Source: Octopus sinensis (Eukaryota). Taken from it: a DNA stretch of 64,000 bases. Shown here in pieces: positions 51,009 through 64,000 of this stretch. The notes beneath the pieces are model-generated. The model saw nothing but the letters and a program-made list of their open reading frames with translations, did no database searches and was not told where the DNA came from. The stretch lies in NCBI RefSeq assembly GCF_006345805.1, contig NC_042998.1:88722001-88786000 (forward strand), read 5' to 3'. Numbering within the stretch: the first letter of the stretch is position 1; each line of letters begins with the position of its first letter. The translations under genes and the position numbers were made by a program.

Positions 51009-51262
51009 CCCTGTGCCAGTGGCACATAAAAAGCACCATCTGAATGTGGCTGATGCCAGTGCCACCTTGACTGGCTTCTGTGCCAGTGGCACGTAAAAAG
51101 CACCCACTACACTCTCGGAGTGGTTGGTGTTAGGAAGAGCATCAAGCTGTTGAAACACTGCCAGATCAGACTGGAGCCTGGTGCAACCTCCTGTCTTCCC
51201 AGACCCCAGCTGAACCGTCCAACTCATGCCAACATGGAAAACAGACATTAAACGATGATGAT
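51009..51262 (+). mobile_element. RTE 3'UTR-only fragment, head-to-head with copy 4
   Basis: Begins at a module (cctgtgccagtggcacataaaaagcacc) and ends gacattaaacgatgatgatg. Confidence 0.88.
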
Positions 51263-51273
51263 GTTATATATAT

Positions 51274-51555
51274 ATCATCATCATCATATGTCCGTTTTCC
51301 ATGTTGGCATGGGTTAGATGATTTGACTGGAACCGGTAAGTCAGAAGGCTGCAGCAGTTTCCAGTCTAATTTTGCATGGTTTCTATGGCTGGATGGCCTT
51401 CCTAACACCAACCATTCTGAGAGTGTAATGGGCGTTTCTCACATACCACCAGCATGGGTGCCATTTATATGACACCAGCATTTGCCACAACTATGATCTC
51501 ACTTGGCTTGATGAGTCTTTTCAAGCGTAGCATATTGCTAAAGGTCTCGGTCACT
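51274..51555 (-). mobile_element. Older RTE 3' fragment
   Basis: (CAT)n tail with ccatgttggcatgggtt and ggctggatggccttcctaacaccaacc. Confidence 0.8.
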
Positions 51556-54258
51556 AAATATATATATTTAGATATGTAGGTGCAGTATGGCCTGTTTAAA
51601 GCGTTTGTTTCGTCACCACAAGATCCTGTGATCAGTTCCAATGCATGGCATCTTGGACAAATGTCATTTTCTGTGGCCTCAGGTTGGAAATATACAGAAA
51701 CTCATTGGGTGAATTGTACTTAAAATTCAAAAGATACACCCTACTCATTCAGTGTCTGACTGATTGTGTCTGGGAATGAAATTAGGGCTACCAATGTTTA
51801 AGGAATTCTTAACCACTTACATGTTAATTTAGGAGCAGATAATTCAGTGTTGATTGAATAATTAGTGAATGCTGGTGACTCACTATATAGATATTCCATT
51901 TTTATTAATACATTTTTTGATGTTTTTGTGACATCATGCACAAAGTGCACCAACTTCTTTGCTCTGAAGTATGCCATAAGTAAAATATGCTTTTGCTTTT
52001 ACTAGAACCAGTCTCATATTTTGTCTCTCATTTACCTTTTGAAGTTGGAGAGCAAGTGTAAAATATTAACCAAAACAATTTCTTCAAATATTTGAATTTA
52101 AATTTTCATAAAACCCATGTTATGTTCTAATCATGTTATCTCCTTGTAGAAGGAAACAGGAAATCTATTTTGAATTACTAAATTATGTTTTTTGCCTTAG
52201 TAGAAATACTTACAATGTGTGAAGAGATATTACAGTTTTGTTTTTGAAATAACTAAAATGATAAATACATTAATAAAATTCCAATTAGAATTGTGACCTA
52301 TTAAAGCTATTGTATTCTTATAATGATTTGAATTTAATAACTAGAAAGAACACCACAATGACCTGAAAGATAGCTGAAGAAAATTGAATATTGATTCATC
52401 AACTCTTTTTATTCATCAACCAGAATAGTCCAATTTTTTTTTCCTAAATGAAAAATATTGTGATTAACTTGGTTGTGTAACAGCATTTGTAGCTTGCTTC
52501 ATTGTAACAATAGTCTTTTGACTGACAAGTACCAATTCTATAAAGTAATATGCATGAAGCTAAATTGATTTGTTTGTTAATTTTTAATGATGTAACTGAG
52601 GCCAGTCTTTATACAGAGTATATAGTTTTTCTCTTTCATATGCCTGTGAATCTAAGATTGCCTATACCTTTTGCAGGCTCTGGAGATGTAGGCACCCTGT
52701 TTTGTTGTTGGAGCACTATTAAAAATTGTCTTCATTGTAGTGAATCAAGGACAAGTTCAACCTGGCAAAGTTAAACTCTAAATTAAATGCAAGGGAGGCC
52801 CTGAATTTCTACTGAGATCAATTACATATTGTGTGACTGTTTAAAAGAGTAAATTGTACTTCACATGATACTTAATTTACAGGTCAATGGATCGGATTTT
52901 TGTGAGTTGTATGCCTTTGTAACATAGTCCAGCATCAGTGATTACATATAAACTATTGACCCCTCAACTAGTTGGCTAGTATCCTTTTAACTCAGCCATT
53001 TGTAATTCTTGTTTTCAGAGATAACGAAAGCAGAAATGTAAAACTCAAGATATTGATTCAGTTTATTGGGTTTCTTTTTTATAACATCCCAAACTTCCTG
53101 TTAGATTTGAACATCTGCCAATCAGACAATTTGATATTTTAGCCTTAAACTGGGAACGGATTCACTTGTTTTTGTTGTAATTATTTTTGTTTCTACTTTT
53201 TGACACAATAACAGTTTAGCCAAATTGACTGAAACTTCCAACTTTCTTTTATCTTCTTGCTTGTGTGTGCTGAAATTTGAGATGAATTTAGTTTGTGCAA
53301 TCAGAGTTTATCAGTCCAATAAATCAAAAATCATTATTCTCTTTGCTTTTTTTGTTGTTGTTTTTATATTTATTGACTTTTATTCTGGACTATTTCATGT
53401 TTTCAGTTTCTTTCATAGAATTATTAAAGTGGTAGTACTTTTATAGTGAATTACTCTTGACAGCAAGAAATATGTTTTTCCTTTTTTTTTTCTTTTTGTT
53501 CTGTTGCTGAAATATTCCTTTACTTGGTTTATCAAATGTCTGTTATTTTGGCAGAGTTAGATAAGCTATTGTCAACTAGTGTTTAGAGCTTATCACTATG
53601 GTATAACAACATCCCTAAGTATCTAAGTATCTTTTTCGATTTTGTCTACCAGGTATTTATTTTTTCAGTCAAAATAGACAAAAAAGGTAGGGCTATAAGT
53701 CAATCAACAAGGTCTCTGTACAAAAAAGCTTAAACTAAAGAATCACCAACTTGGATCATAATACTAACAAATGTCATAATTCTTTTATTTGTGTGCCTTT
53801 ATACCACTCAAAAAACATAAAGTAGATTCCCTCTTCAAATTGTTGTTAATCTACTTCTGGATGAAAGCCTCATTATTTTGAGTTTTATTGGTCACTCACA
53901 TGATGTTGCCAGTTGATATGGTCCAAGATTTGTTGATCTCATTGAACCAGCTCTTTCAAAGTATTCATTTTTACCCTGTCATTGGTCACTGTTCCCTTTT
54001 GATTTTTGTCCAATGGCTGTCTGCCCTTCTGCTAAAATATTTTTCACACATCTGTGTTACTTTTACAAAGATAAGAATACTGTCTACATTCATCCATTTT
54101 TTTTTCTTTCTGTCTCTATGTGTTTCACTGGGCATTGATCTTTCTATTTTATATTGACATGCTATCAGTTTCCTCTACATCTCTGCTGTTAGGGTCCATG
54201 AGTTTTCAGGTTGTACAGCATTGTTTTGAATCAACCAATTCATTTGTTTTTAAAAATA

Positions 54259-54607
54259 ATACTATAAGATACAAATAAGATGTTAATTTATTTTCAAATG
54301 CCTTTAGAACAGCAGAAATATTGGGTAGATTACCCTTACATAACAGAAAAATTTGTCAACAACCAGCCATGGGACTCAAACCCACATCTCCTGAAGACTA
54401 AAATTGCGGATAGATTTGTCAGCGGGCAGTTTAGATTAATGGTAAAGCACTTGGTTGGCGTCTTCAAGGGATGTGGGTTGGAGTCCCATGGCTGGTTGTT
54501 GACAAATTTTTTCTGCTTTGTAAGGGTAATTTACCCAGTGTTCCTACTGTTCTAATGGGGTTTCTGCATCCATAAATAAATTATCGCCTTATTTGTGTCT
54601 TACAATA
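54259..54607. repeat. About 350-bp imperfect palindrome containing a tRNA-like sequence
   Basis: Core arms 54304-54398 and 54460-54555 are reverse complements. A-box and B-box/T-arm-like motifs lie at 54424-54497. Confidence 0.85.
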
Positions 54608-56846
54608 CACATTTCGACACTTATAAAAAGCAAATGTTAGTTTGTTTATATTTATATACACATAATATTATAGGTACTAATGCAAGTTTTGAATATGCGA
54701 GAATAATTTTTTTCTTTTTCTGCAGTAAATACATTTGTGTTTATTTTTGTAAAATTTGTTGCGTAATGCAGAGGAATTGATAAAACTAATGAAGGGACAA
54801 TGAAAAGGAGAAAGAAGAAACACACATGTTTATATTGACACATATCAAAGCATACAAATGTGTGTGTTTGTATGTATGTGCATATCTCTGTGTGCATTTC
54901 TATAAAAAGTCACACATAAACTCAATAGTGTGTCTCAACTCATCATCTTACAGCTCAACAAGTAATTAGAGATCATTATAAATAATTCAGGACTGTGATA
55001 CTAGTCTCAAGTGAGAAATAAAACAGAAACGAAATTCTGATATGCCATATTAAAGAAGACATGGCTGTGTGGATGTGGAGCTTGCTTCATAATCATGTGG
55101 TTTCATTTCTATTGAGCTGTGTTGTACTCTGGTTCAGTGTCTTTCACTATAGCATTGAGCCAATCAATGCCTTGGAATTGTTTGACAGAAACTGTATGAG
55201 GAGCTCATAATATATATAAATACATGTTTGCATAAGTGAATGTTCATATGAAAGCACTCTGCAGAAAGAAAAAAAAATAGTGATGTTATGTTGTCATGCT
55301 CTGTCAAGAAATCTAGCTCTGCACTTTTGAAGATAAGTGGGGTGGGGATTCTTTGGTCAGCAAGCAGATAGAGGTTCTTGACAAGAAGGACATCTGGCAG
55401 TAAAGCACAGTCTCAGTTATATATATTTATTCAGCTAATGATTGCATGAAATAGGGACACAAAACAAAAGATATGTCTCATATATTTAGAATTCCTTCCT
55501 GTAGTAAAATTTTGTTTGTTACTCCACTTCACTAGGTGGGCCAAAGAATGAGCTTCTTTTTAGCTAATAAACATATTGCAATTGATCACGTGGAGTTAGA
55601 TGCAAAATCAATTGGACCGGACAATCAACCTGCCTAATGTTCACCCTTAAGGATATAGTCTATACTGTAATAAGTTTTACCAGAGTATATCTCAATTCAT
55701 CTTCATCAAAGTATAACTCAGATAAAAGAAAACAAAGTATACTTAATTATAAATTTTCACTAGTTTTAGGTAATCACTCTGTACTACTGGCATCAATGCA
55801 TCATAGTTTATTGTCTTTTTCTATCTCGACCAACAACAAAATATAATTAAAACTTGGCATATATCGAAAACAATAACAGTAAAAAAAAGTATTATGTTTG
55901 TTAATCATGTGATTTATTGGCTATATTTTTTTTATTTGATCATGTGGTACAGTTATATTTTATTGCTTAGTTAGGAGAAGGTTCAGTGCCCAAACTTTTT
56001 ACATAGATTGATGAGAGGAAGGGAGGAAAGGAAGAAGGTATTCTCAAACTGGTCATATAACCTGGATGCTTGCTCTATGAGTGGACTTCTGTGCTAAAGT
56101 CACCCAAGTTCTCATGGTTGTGTCTGACTGGGCAGCAGATTAAACCTATCATGTTTAACATTGTGTTTGTCCCTTCTATCCACTTACTTCATAACAGTAT
56201 ATTTAGTGGTTGTCAGTACCTCTCACTTTAGTTACATTTCCTATTCTGCCCGGCTTGCTCACTCTAACTCTTGGTGTCTATCATTCTTCCTCTTTCTCTT
56301 TCCTGTCTTGACCTTCCTTTTTTCGCAGGTTTTTCAACATATACACATATACTTATGTATTTGCATGCATACACACACATCCTACATCAAACATCTGATT
56401 TTGTAATATATATGATGGCATGTATATATATTTCTGTATAATTCAAAAATCACGGATGACACTATACAAAATGTAAATTGATAGCAAACATATTTTAGTG
56501 TTATTGCGAAAAATTTGTAGTAGTCAAAACTTTGAATCATAGAAATGTCATGCAATCAACAACTGTATTTATAGTTTGTAATTTTATACTTCTATTGTAT
56601 TATACAGAATTCTTTAAGATAATCAGGCAAATTTGAGAATACAGAATATTTTCATTATATCAAAGTTGATGAGGTTCATTGTCATTACATACTTATTATC
56701 TATTTATATTAGAACAGTTATCTTTGACACTGCTTTTCAGTTCATTTGCTCTCTAGTTTTTCTTGTAAGTTTACATTCAATACACCAGACTGGACCCATT
56801 CCTTTTTAATTGCTGCAAATCTTCTACTCTCATTGCTCATGCTTCG

Positions 56847-56904
<58 letters not shown>

Positions 56905-57355
56905 ATAACGCCTATAAGGAGGTGCTTTTTCCATTCACCAAAATGAATGGACCTTTGGCTAGGAGGAACTGATGTCATCAGATGGTATCCAACGTTCATC
57001 AGGTGTTACGACCTTGAACTGCAACACCCTCCTGTTGGTGGGTCAGCAGAGGTGGCCAAGTCACTGCTCCTCATCTCCTCCTGGCTTCCAGTTTAACTCT
57101 TCTCTCTACATCCAAAACCAACAAGAGACTCATTCAGCTACCTTTCCCATCCTATGCACAACCGTCCATTCTTTATCTTTCATTCCAATTATTGTAAGCA
57201 TCCTCCATGCCAGATGAGCAGGAGGAAATTCCCTACAGCCAACCTCAACTAGGAAAAGGCATACATGCCATCCCTTCTCACTGCAGTCCTCCAGAAAGCT
57301 CTCATATCTGGCATGCTTCCGTTCATGGGCCCATCACACTTCTCTTCCAACAAGA

Positions 57356-57395
<40 letters not shown>

Positions 57396-59310
57396 GCATG
57401 GAAGTTGTAGCCTTCATGAAGTTAGTTTTTTTTTTTTATGACTGTGATGAAATATTTATATTGTTGGAGCACTACTTCACAGAAACAACAAAATAGGTTA
57501 TTAAGCTTGAACAAATGTGAATAGACATTGTGGAAATTTACGAAGGCAAAACTGAAATTAGTGCCATGGTAATTGTGGCTATGTCTAGTTCGATTAGTTA
57601 GCTATTTCACATCATCTAGCTGTCAGCAACATAAATCAATCATAAAGAGAATATAGCCATTTGCTGCATGAAAGCTTTAAGCCAATGAGATTTTCATTTT
57701 AACATTCTCCTTGGATTCATTGTATGCCTCAAAGCATTTCTTTTGTTTTATCTTCTTTCTATTCTGATTAAGAACAACAGTTTCAGAGATATGATGCAGT
57801 ATTTGAGTGGCTAAGTTGCTGATCCATAAGTTATTTATTTGTTTAATACATTATTTTATTTAATAAGTTTTATTTTATTTAATAATAAGTTATTTATTTG
57901 TCTTGATGATTTAATCATGTCTAGATATTGCATTGAGTTCATCATGTTTCAGTTTGATTGGATGGGAAACAAGTTTGGTTGGCATTAGAAAGGGCATGCA
58001 ACAGCAAAATAAACTCAGCCAACAGTTTACTGAAATTATTTGGTAACAGAAATAGAATATTTCCTTAAAAGATTCGAAATATGTTTTTGAAGATTTGAAT
58101 ATTTTTATAATTTTCTTTCTCTCATCTGTGTCTGTAATTATATTTATTTGAGAGTTGTGCATTTCAATATTAATGATAGGTTTCTATCATTATTATATAA
58201 TTTTTACTTTCCTTTTTCTTCTGCTTTACTGAATTAAAAAGGAACCAGACAGATGCTACAAAATATTTTATGTCTGTTCCTAACAAAATTCTATATCCAG
58301 AAGTTGAACCTATGTTTGAATAGAGAAGAAATATAAGTCATAAACAATGAAATTGTGCAAACAGCAAGCAAACAGTTCTCATGTGGTTTCAGGAATCTAA
58401 AAATATGATTTATTGATGACTTGATATTTCGAAGTAAATCAATTGGAAGAGTTCAGAAGTTAATTTATCAACAAGCTAATATTGTGTTTCTCAATGAAAG
58501 ACTAGTTAATTATTATATTGTTAATGCTTAGCTTCAAAGTCTTAAGTAAGTCTTGAAAACTCTACAATCTACACCCCACCCCAATAAACTTTCAAATATT
58601 TCAAAATTATCAAGGTTATCTGAATCAAACATATATATATATTGAGGGAAGAAGAAAATCACTTAACTATATTTGATAGTGCTGGTATAGAGGAACATCC
58701 TTTGTTAGTAATTATTGCTATATACAGCTTGGTTTTATATCCCTTTTGATTAAATAAATGCCCATAGGACATCAACCATTTGGCTTTAGAATCTTGGCTC
58801 TGATACAAGCTGAGAATCTCTACACATTTCTTTTGTTATCCTTCTCCTATGCAAAATTAGAAATATAAAATTGTTTCAGTTTCTCTACATAGCTTTCCTA
58901 TGTATGTTATTCACAATTATAACAACTACTACAGAATATTTCAACTATTCTACTCATTTCAGTGAGACCTGTCAGTTCTATAAATTCTGATCTGTGATGA
59001 TGAATGATAAACTTTACCATTTTAGGAATATTACAATTAATAGTGGCAGGTCTCATAATTGTGGAGTTTGTTATCCATTGATGATATTTAAGGTTCAGAT
59101 TGGAAATATCACAGAACCTGAAGACTATTAATATGATCTCTTTTGTTTCTTTAAATACAAATTTATATGATTTATTTCCCTTTATCATCAGGTGTCATAT
59201 TTTTTATAGTTATGTAATGTATTTATGTGTATGTGAGTGTGTTTGCATGCTTATATATATATGTGTATATACATATACGTGTGTGTGTGTGTATGTATAT
59301 ATATATGTAT

Positions 59311-59355
<45 letters not shown>

Positions 59356-59528
59356 AATATCTAATATAGGATAAAATTTTCAAAAAAATTTTATCAATGG
59401 CCAGCATATTAAAAAATACCTTTAAATGTTTATAAAGTTGTGTATATATATATGTGTGTGTGTGTGTATGTATATATATGTATATGTATATATATATGTA
59501 TGTATATATATGTGTATATATATATGTA

Positions 59529-59559
<31 letters not shown>

Positions 59560-59621
59560 ATATATGTATATACATATATAGATATGTATGTATATATGTA
59601 TATACATATATAAATATGTAT

Positions 59622-59920
59622 GTTTGCGCTGGTATGGTCATGTGACGAGAATGGATGAAGATAGTTGTGTGAAAAAGTGCCACACCCTAGCGGTTGAGGG
59701 AACCTATGGAAGAGGTAGACCCAGGAAAACCTGGGACGAGGTGGTGAAGCACGACCATCGAACTTTAGGTCTCACCGAAGAACTGACTAGAGACCGAGAC
59801 CTATGGAAGTATGCTGTGCGTGAGAAGACCCAGCAGGACAAGTGAGACCATAACCCATGGCCTCTACCTGGGAGGTAGCCAGTCCATTTATGCATACCTT
59901 TCCTTCTTGGGAGAAAAACC
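59622..59920 (+). mobile_element. RTE fragment of the copy-1 subfamily, truncated at both ends
   Basis: [26 protein letters not shown]...REKTQQDK* is nearly identical to the copy 1 C-terminus. The 5' side abuts a TA tract. Confidence 0.92.
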
Positions 59921-59932
59921 TCATAAGAGAAA

Positions 59933-60114
59933 AAATCCACCAATTTTTTCACTTAAATATATTTATTTATATTATATAGAGGGCATTACTACACATAAAT
60001 TTATTTTAGTAGTTTTGACTTTAAAGAGTCCCTCCTAGCGTGTGGCATTTATGTGTAGTAATGCCTTCTATATAATATAAATAAATATATTTAAGTGAAA
60101 AAATTGGTGGATTT
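59933..60114. repeat. Near-perfect hairpin with 68-bp arms (1 mismatch) and a 46-bp spacer
   Basis: 59933-60000 is the reverse complement of 60047-60114 except gagggc versus gaaggc. Confidence 0.95.
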
Positions 60115-60778
60115 CAGTAGATAATCCATTTCTCATCACCTGTCACAATTTGCTTTAAAAAAGGCGCGTTTTCATTACATTTATAAAGCGAATCACAGAT
60201 GGAAATGTGATCCAATAGGTTCTTCTCACTCAACTCATGAGGTACCCAAACATCGTAGCGATTTGTGTACCCAAGCTTTACCAGGTGCTCATGAACGATG
60301 GATTTTGATAGGTTGAGGCTTTCTGCCAATTCTTGGGTTTTGCAATGTGGGTTATTGTCAATTAATGACTTGATTTGGTCATCATCTGTAGTGGATGGTC
60401 TGCCTGATCACTCTTTATCAATAAGGCTACAATCTCCAGCTCGGAACCTTGTGAACCACTTCCGTACAGTTCTTTTAAATAAAGAAACATCACCATAAAC
60501 TACACATATTTCTTTGGTTTCTTGTGAGGCATTTTTTCCTTTACGGAAAAAGAGAAGCATCAAGTGCCGAAAATGAACTTGCTTATCTTCCATTTTAAAG
60601 GGTTACAGAATTAACACAAGTTATAGGAACATAAACCTTCTTCCACGAAAATATAGCTTAAACTGTGCTCTAAATGGATGTGTAGTCAAATCCTATTTTA
60701 TGGACTCAACCATGTTCTAAAATAAGTGGAAAGTTAAGCTACTATAAATCAGCATGAACTTTCCAGACGACTCAATAC
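60115..60778 (-). mobile_element. Mariner element 5' half (TIR plus transposase up to the first catalytic D)
   Basis: MEDKQVHFRHLMLLFFRKGKNA...SGRP...WVPHEL...IVTGDEKWIIY. TIR on the minus strand tattgagtcgtctggaaagttcatgctgattt. Confidence 0.9.
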
Positions 60779-60917
60779 TATACACATCTGCCTAGAAAGT
60801 TCTACATACATGACAATTTGAATAACACCTGCGTTTAATTCCATTTATTTATTTATATGTATGTATTTGTGTATATATGTATGTATATATATGTATATAT
60901 ATGTATATATGTATGTA

Positions 60918-60959
<42 letters not shown>

Positions 60960-60991
60960 CATATATATATGTATATATGTATATATGTAGG

Positions 60992-61022
<31 letters not shown>

Positions 61023-63147
61023 ATATGTGTATATGTATATGTATGTGTGTGTATGTGTATGTATATACTGAGGTTATGACTGGATATAATTTATTTTATT
61101 TGGGATTTCTCTCCTTTTATGTATAATAGCCTGAAACTGTGTTGAGTATAGGAACCCTGTTTGAAATAAAGATTTGTGCATCTATTCTCAAACTAAGATC
61201 ATATAAATTATCACCATTGCAAATTTAGTGTGACCTGTTGCATGGTCACTGTAGTTTTATGGCTCTTTTTATTTCATGCAGATTTCTAATGCTGTTATCT
61301 AATTGGAATAATCTCATAACCAAACCTGGGTAAAACTTAAAAAATTTGTGCAAAACGAAGTTTAGTAATTTTGATCTCTTTCTGAGTACATATACTTTAA
61401 TATGATGAATGTGGTACTTGACAAGAAAGAGCAAGCTAACTATTTGAGATGTAATGTTTTGTAAAACACAAAAAATGAGATTAGCAGCCTAAAAAGTAAT
61501 TTCATGTGTTATTAAGTTATTTACTAAAAATGTCTCAAAGATATTTTTTGAAACCAGGGTAAATCCTTTTGCAATAATAAAAACAAAATGGCCCAAGCTA
61601 AAATAACATTTGTACAAAATTATGATTATGTATGATATTTTAAAGAGAAATAGATTCCAGCTGAACTGACTGTTACCATGAAATATATGTTAGTCAAATA
61701 CCATTATAATGACCTAGTATAGGGAGGTGTTTCTGCATTCCCTTTTACTAATTCACTAGTGTTGATTAACCTCCTAATCCATGATTAGCTGTTTTTGATA
61801 TAATCATGGATTAGCTTTAGAGAAAAGATTAGAAAAAAATGTATGATAATACTGTATTATCTTAAATGAGTTTGATGTTTGGAGAAACTGTTTTAAACAG
61901 ATTATTGATCACCAACTGTTTTTGAAATAATGATTTTGTTATTTTCCACATTTTTTTTCTTTTGAGTTGATAGTATTCTAGTTGATCACATCTATCATCA
62001 GCCTGATCATGTTAATGTCCACTTCTCCATGTTTGCATGGATCATATGAAATTTAATGAAGTAAATTCTGTATGGTTGGATGCTCTTCCTGTCACCAACC
62101 CATATCTATTTCTAAGCAAGGTGATATTTACCTTACTCCTTCAAACAATGAACAACTCAATACACAAATGTGTTTTCACTGAAGGTTACAAAGAATGACC
62201 CCATTTGTATGAACTGTGACTTTTAATCAGCTTGCACATATTGATTCAAGGGGAAAACTCAAATGTATACATCTGTATTCGATGGAAGGAAAATGCAGTA
62301 GTGCTGTAGGAGAGTATCTTCAAATGCAGTCACTGCATTCAAGACTGCCACTCCCTTGTGGGCCTGTACAGCCACAGCATTCACTGCACTACCACTAGTA
62401 GCTGACACATAATTCTCTACATGCTGATCCATGGTCTTTTGAGACTGACAGATGTGATGCCACTGGGGGTATATATGTGTGTGTGTTTACATACATATGC
62501 ATCTACATATGTATATATACAATAAGATTTTTAGAGTTTCTGTCTATTAACCACCTCATGCCAAACAGTACAATGCAGACAGAATGAACCTTAAGCCTTA
62601 TGATTCTGAAGCCAACTTCTTAATGACATTGCCTGAGCATTTGTAGATGTGAATGTGATCATATCCAAGATTTCAAATTTCCATCAGGATTAGTTTTTTA
62701 GGTGTAACAGATCTTCACTATAATTTCCACAAGCAATAAGTGATAGTTTTTTTTTTTTTTTTTTGTGAGTCATAATCTCGTAATACAGTTCATATCTCCA
62801 GATTCAGTAGCATTAAGTTGATGATAGACAAATATCCATATAGCCAGTCTGTTGTTAAGTCACATTGTCAAAAAATCAGTTCCCATTGTCTGCAGTCAGA
62901 TGCATTGAAGTTCACAGAAGGAAGTATCTTGCTCATAAGCATCATGAAATACTAAAATGGCTGATAATTACTAATTTACTTGTGTTTCCCTCAGAAGATC
63001 ATATTGATTTGATCATTTGTCTTCTGAGCTCTTGAATTTATAAGTGTACATGAAAAGTAGACTCACTAGGTTTTTGAAAGCCTTTTCATTTTTAGTAACC
63101 AGATATTCAGAAATTTATTTTGAGAATGTACTTGGTGTAATGATATG

Positions 63148-63378
63148 GAAATTGGGCTCTTTGATTCTTGGTCTAGAAGGCGAAGGTAAAGTGGGATATA
63201 TCCAGTATATAGAAATTGGGCTCTTTGATTCTTGGTCTAGAAGGCATATTGCGCCCTTGTTCCAGTCCACTCAGCTGATAAAAATTAGAATTGATTCTGA
63301 CAGAGTACTTGATCAGTAACACCACAGTGTGACACAGTTAATAAATCAGTTGAGATGTAAAGTGGGATATATCCAGTA
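63148..63378. repeat. A-B-A-X-B interleaved short direct repeats
   Basis: A (34 bp) at 63148-63181 and 63212-63245. B (22 bp) at 63186-63207 and 63357-63378. Confidence 0.85.
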
Positions 63379-64000
63379 GTTGACCTTAGGGGTAATTTGA
63401 TAAGAGTTTTGCATTGATTCTTAAAGCGATGTCAAGCAAGGAACTGAGTCAAAAGCTTTGCTAATATCCTTCATATATACTTTTACTTATGGGGAAATTT
63501 TGTTTTTGTTGAAGTCATCATGTATCTGTGTAAAGTTCATAAGGCATGTGGTTTATGAATGTATTGGTTTGATTTAGAGAGGGGAATATATGAGTGTGAG
63601 TGATACCAATGGTGAGTCTTTCTAAAACATTTGAGGGTGTGCATAGGTGCATATGCACACTGTGATGTTGCCTGGGCTTCAGGCTTTTGAATCTTTGGAT
63701 TTCTCTATTGCTTTTCTGGAGTCTTATGAGTCAATATCATGATTTGAGTAGAAGGTGCCTATTCAACAATTTTGTTACTGACTTCTTTCTGTGGTTTTTA
63801 GGTGACAGTTTAAAATGAAACCTTTTTACTTTCAAATTCAACCACTAAAACCACATGTTGAGCTGGTTGGCTGAGCACACTGCTTGTTTTAATAATTAGT
63901 AAATCAGTTCAGGATTTTTTTCCCCCTGAAGCACTGAGTTATTACCCCACCTCTTTCTTTTGGATTGTCAAAAACATTTCTTTCATGGTTACTTCATTAA

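Noticed and set aside
54424-54497. Functional tRNA gene
   Set aside because: The anticodon loop is oversized, the acceptor and D stems are imperfect, and the T loop is TTG rather than TTC.
56920-57360. More GC-rich block between microsatellites (also 48330-49030 and 12400-12900)
   Set aside because: Probably ancient LINE debris, but no motif could be read with confidence.

Overview
AT-rich, repeat-dense animal genomic DNA with no prokaryotic genes. The repeat landscape suggests a cephalopod (Octopus-like) genome; this is an inference. The window is mostly intron or intergenic sequence, with three small candidate + strand exons of an unidentified gene (8126-8170, about 10194-10302, 21576-21631). 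The dominant feature is a family of RTE-clade LINEs: one copy has an intact 1055-aa endonuclease-RT ORF (27019-30186, -), several are 5'-truncated, and several are nested in one (TA)/(TATG) microsatellite. Other relics include Tc1-like, mariner, maT (DD37D), hAT-MITE, HINE/Helentron-like, Penelope-like, R4/Dong-like and CR1-group elements, plus many tRNA-derived SINEs. The most notable observations are: (1) a variable-copy array of about 65-nt modules in the RTE 3'UTR, each predicted to fold as an H-type pseudoknot plus hairpin, supported by the substitution pattern across copies; (2) a C4HC3 PHD finger inserted inside the RT domain; (3) apparent targeting of TA microsatellites; and (4) several long inverted repeats that could form dsRNA, including a 1.8-kb foldback, a palindrome wrapping a tRNA-like fold, and a hammerhead-like relic. 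All alignments and translations outside the ORF track were done by eye, and boundaries of degenerate elements are approximate.
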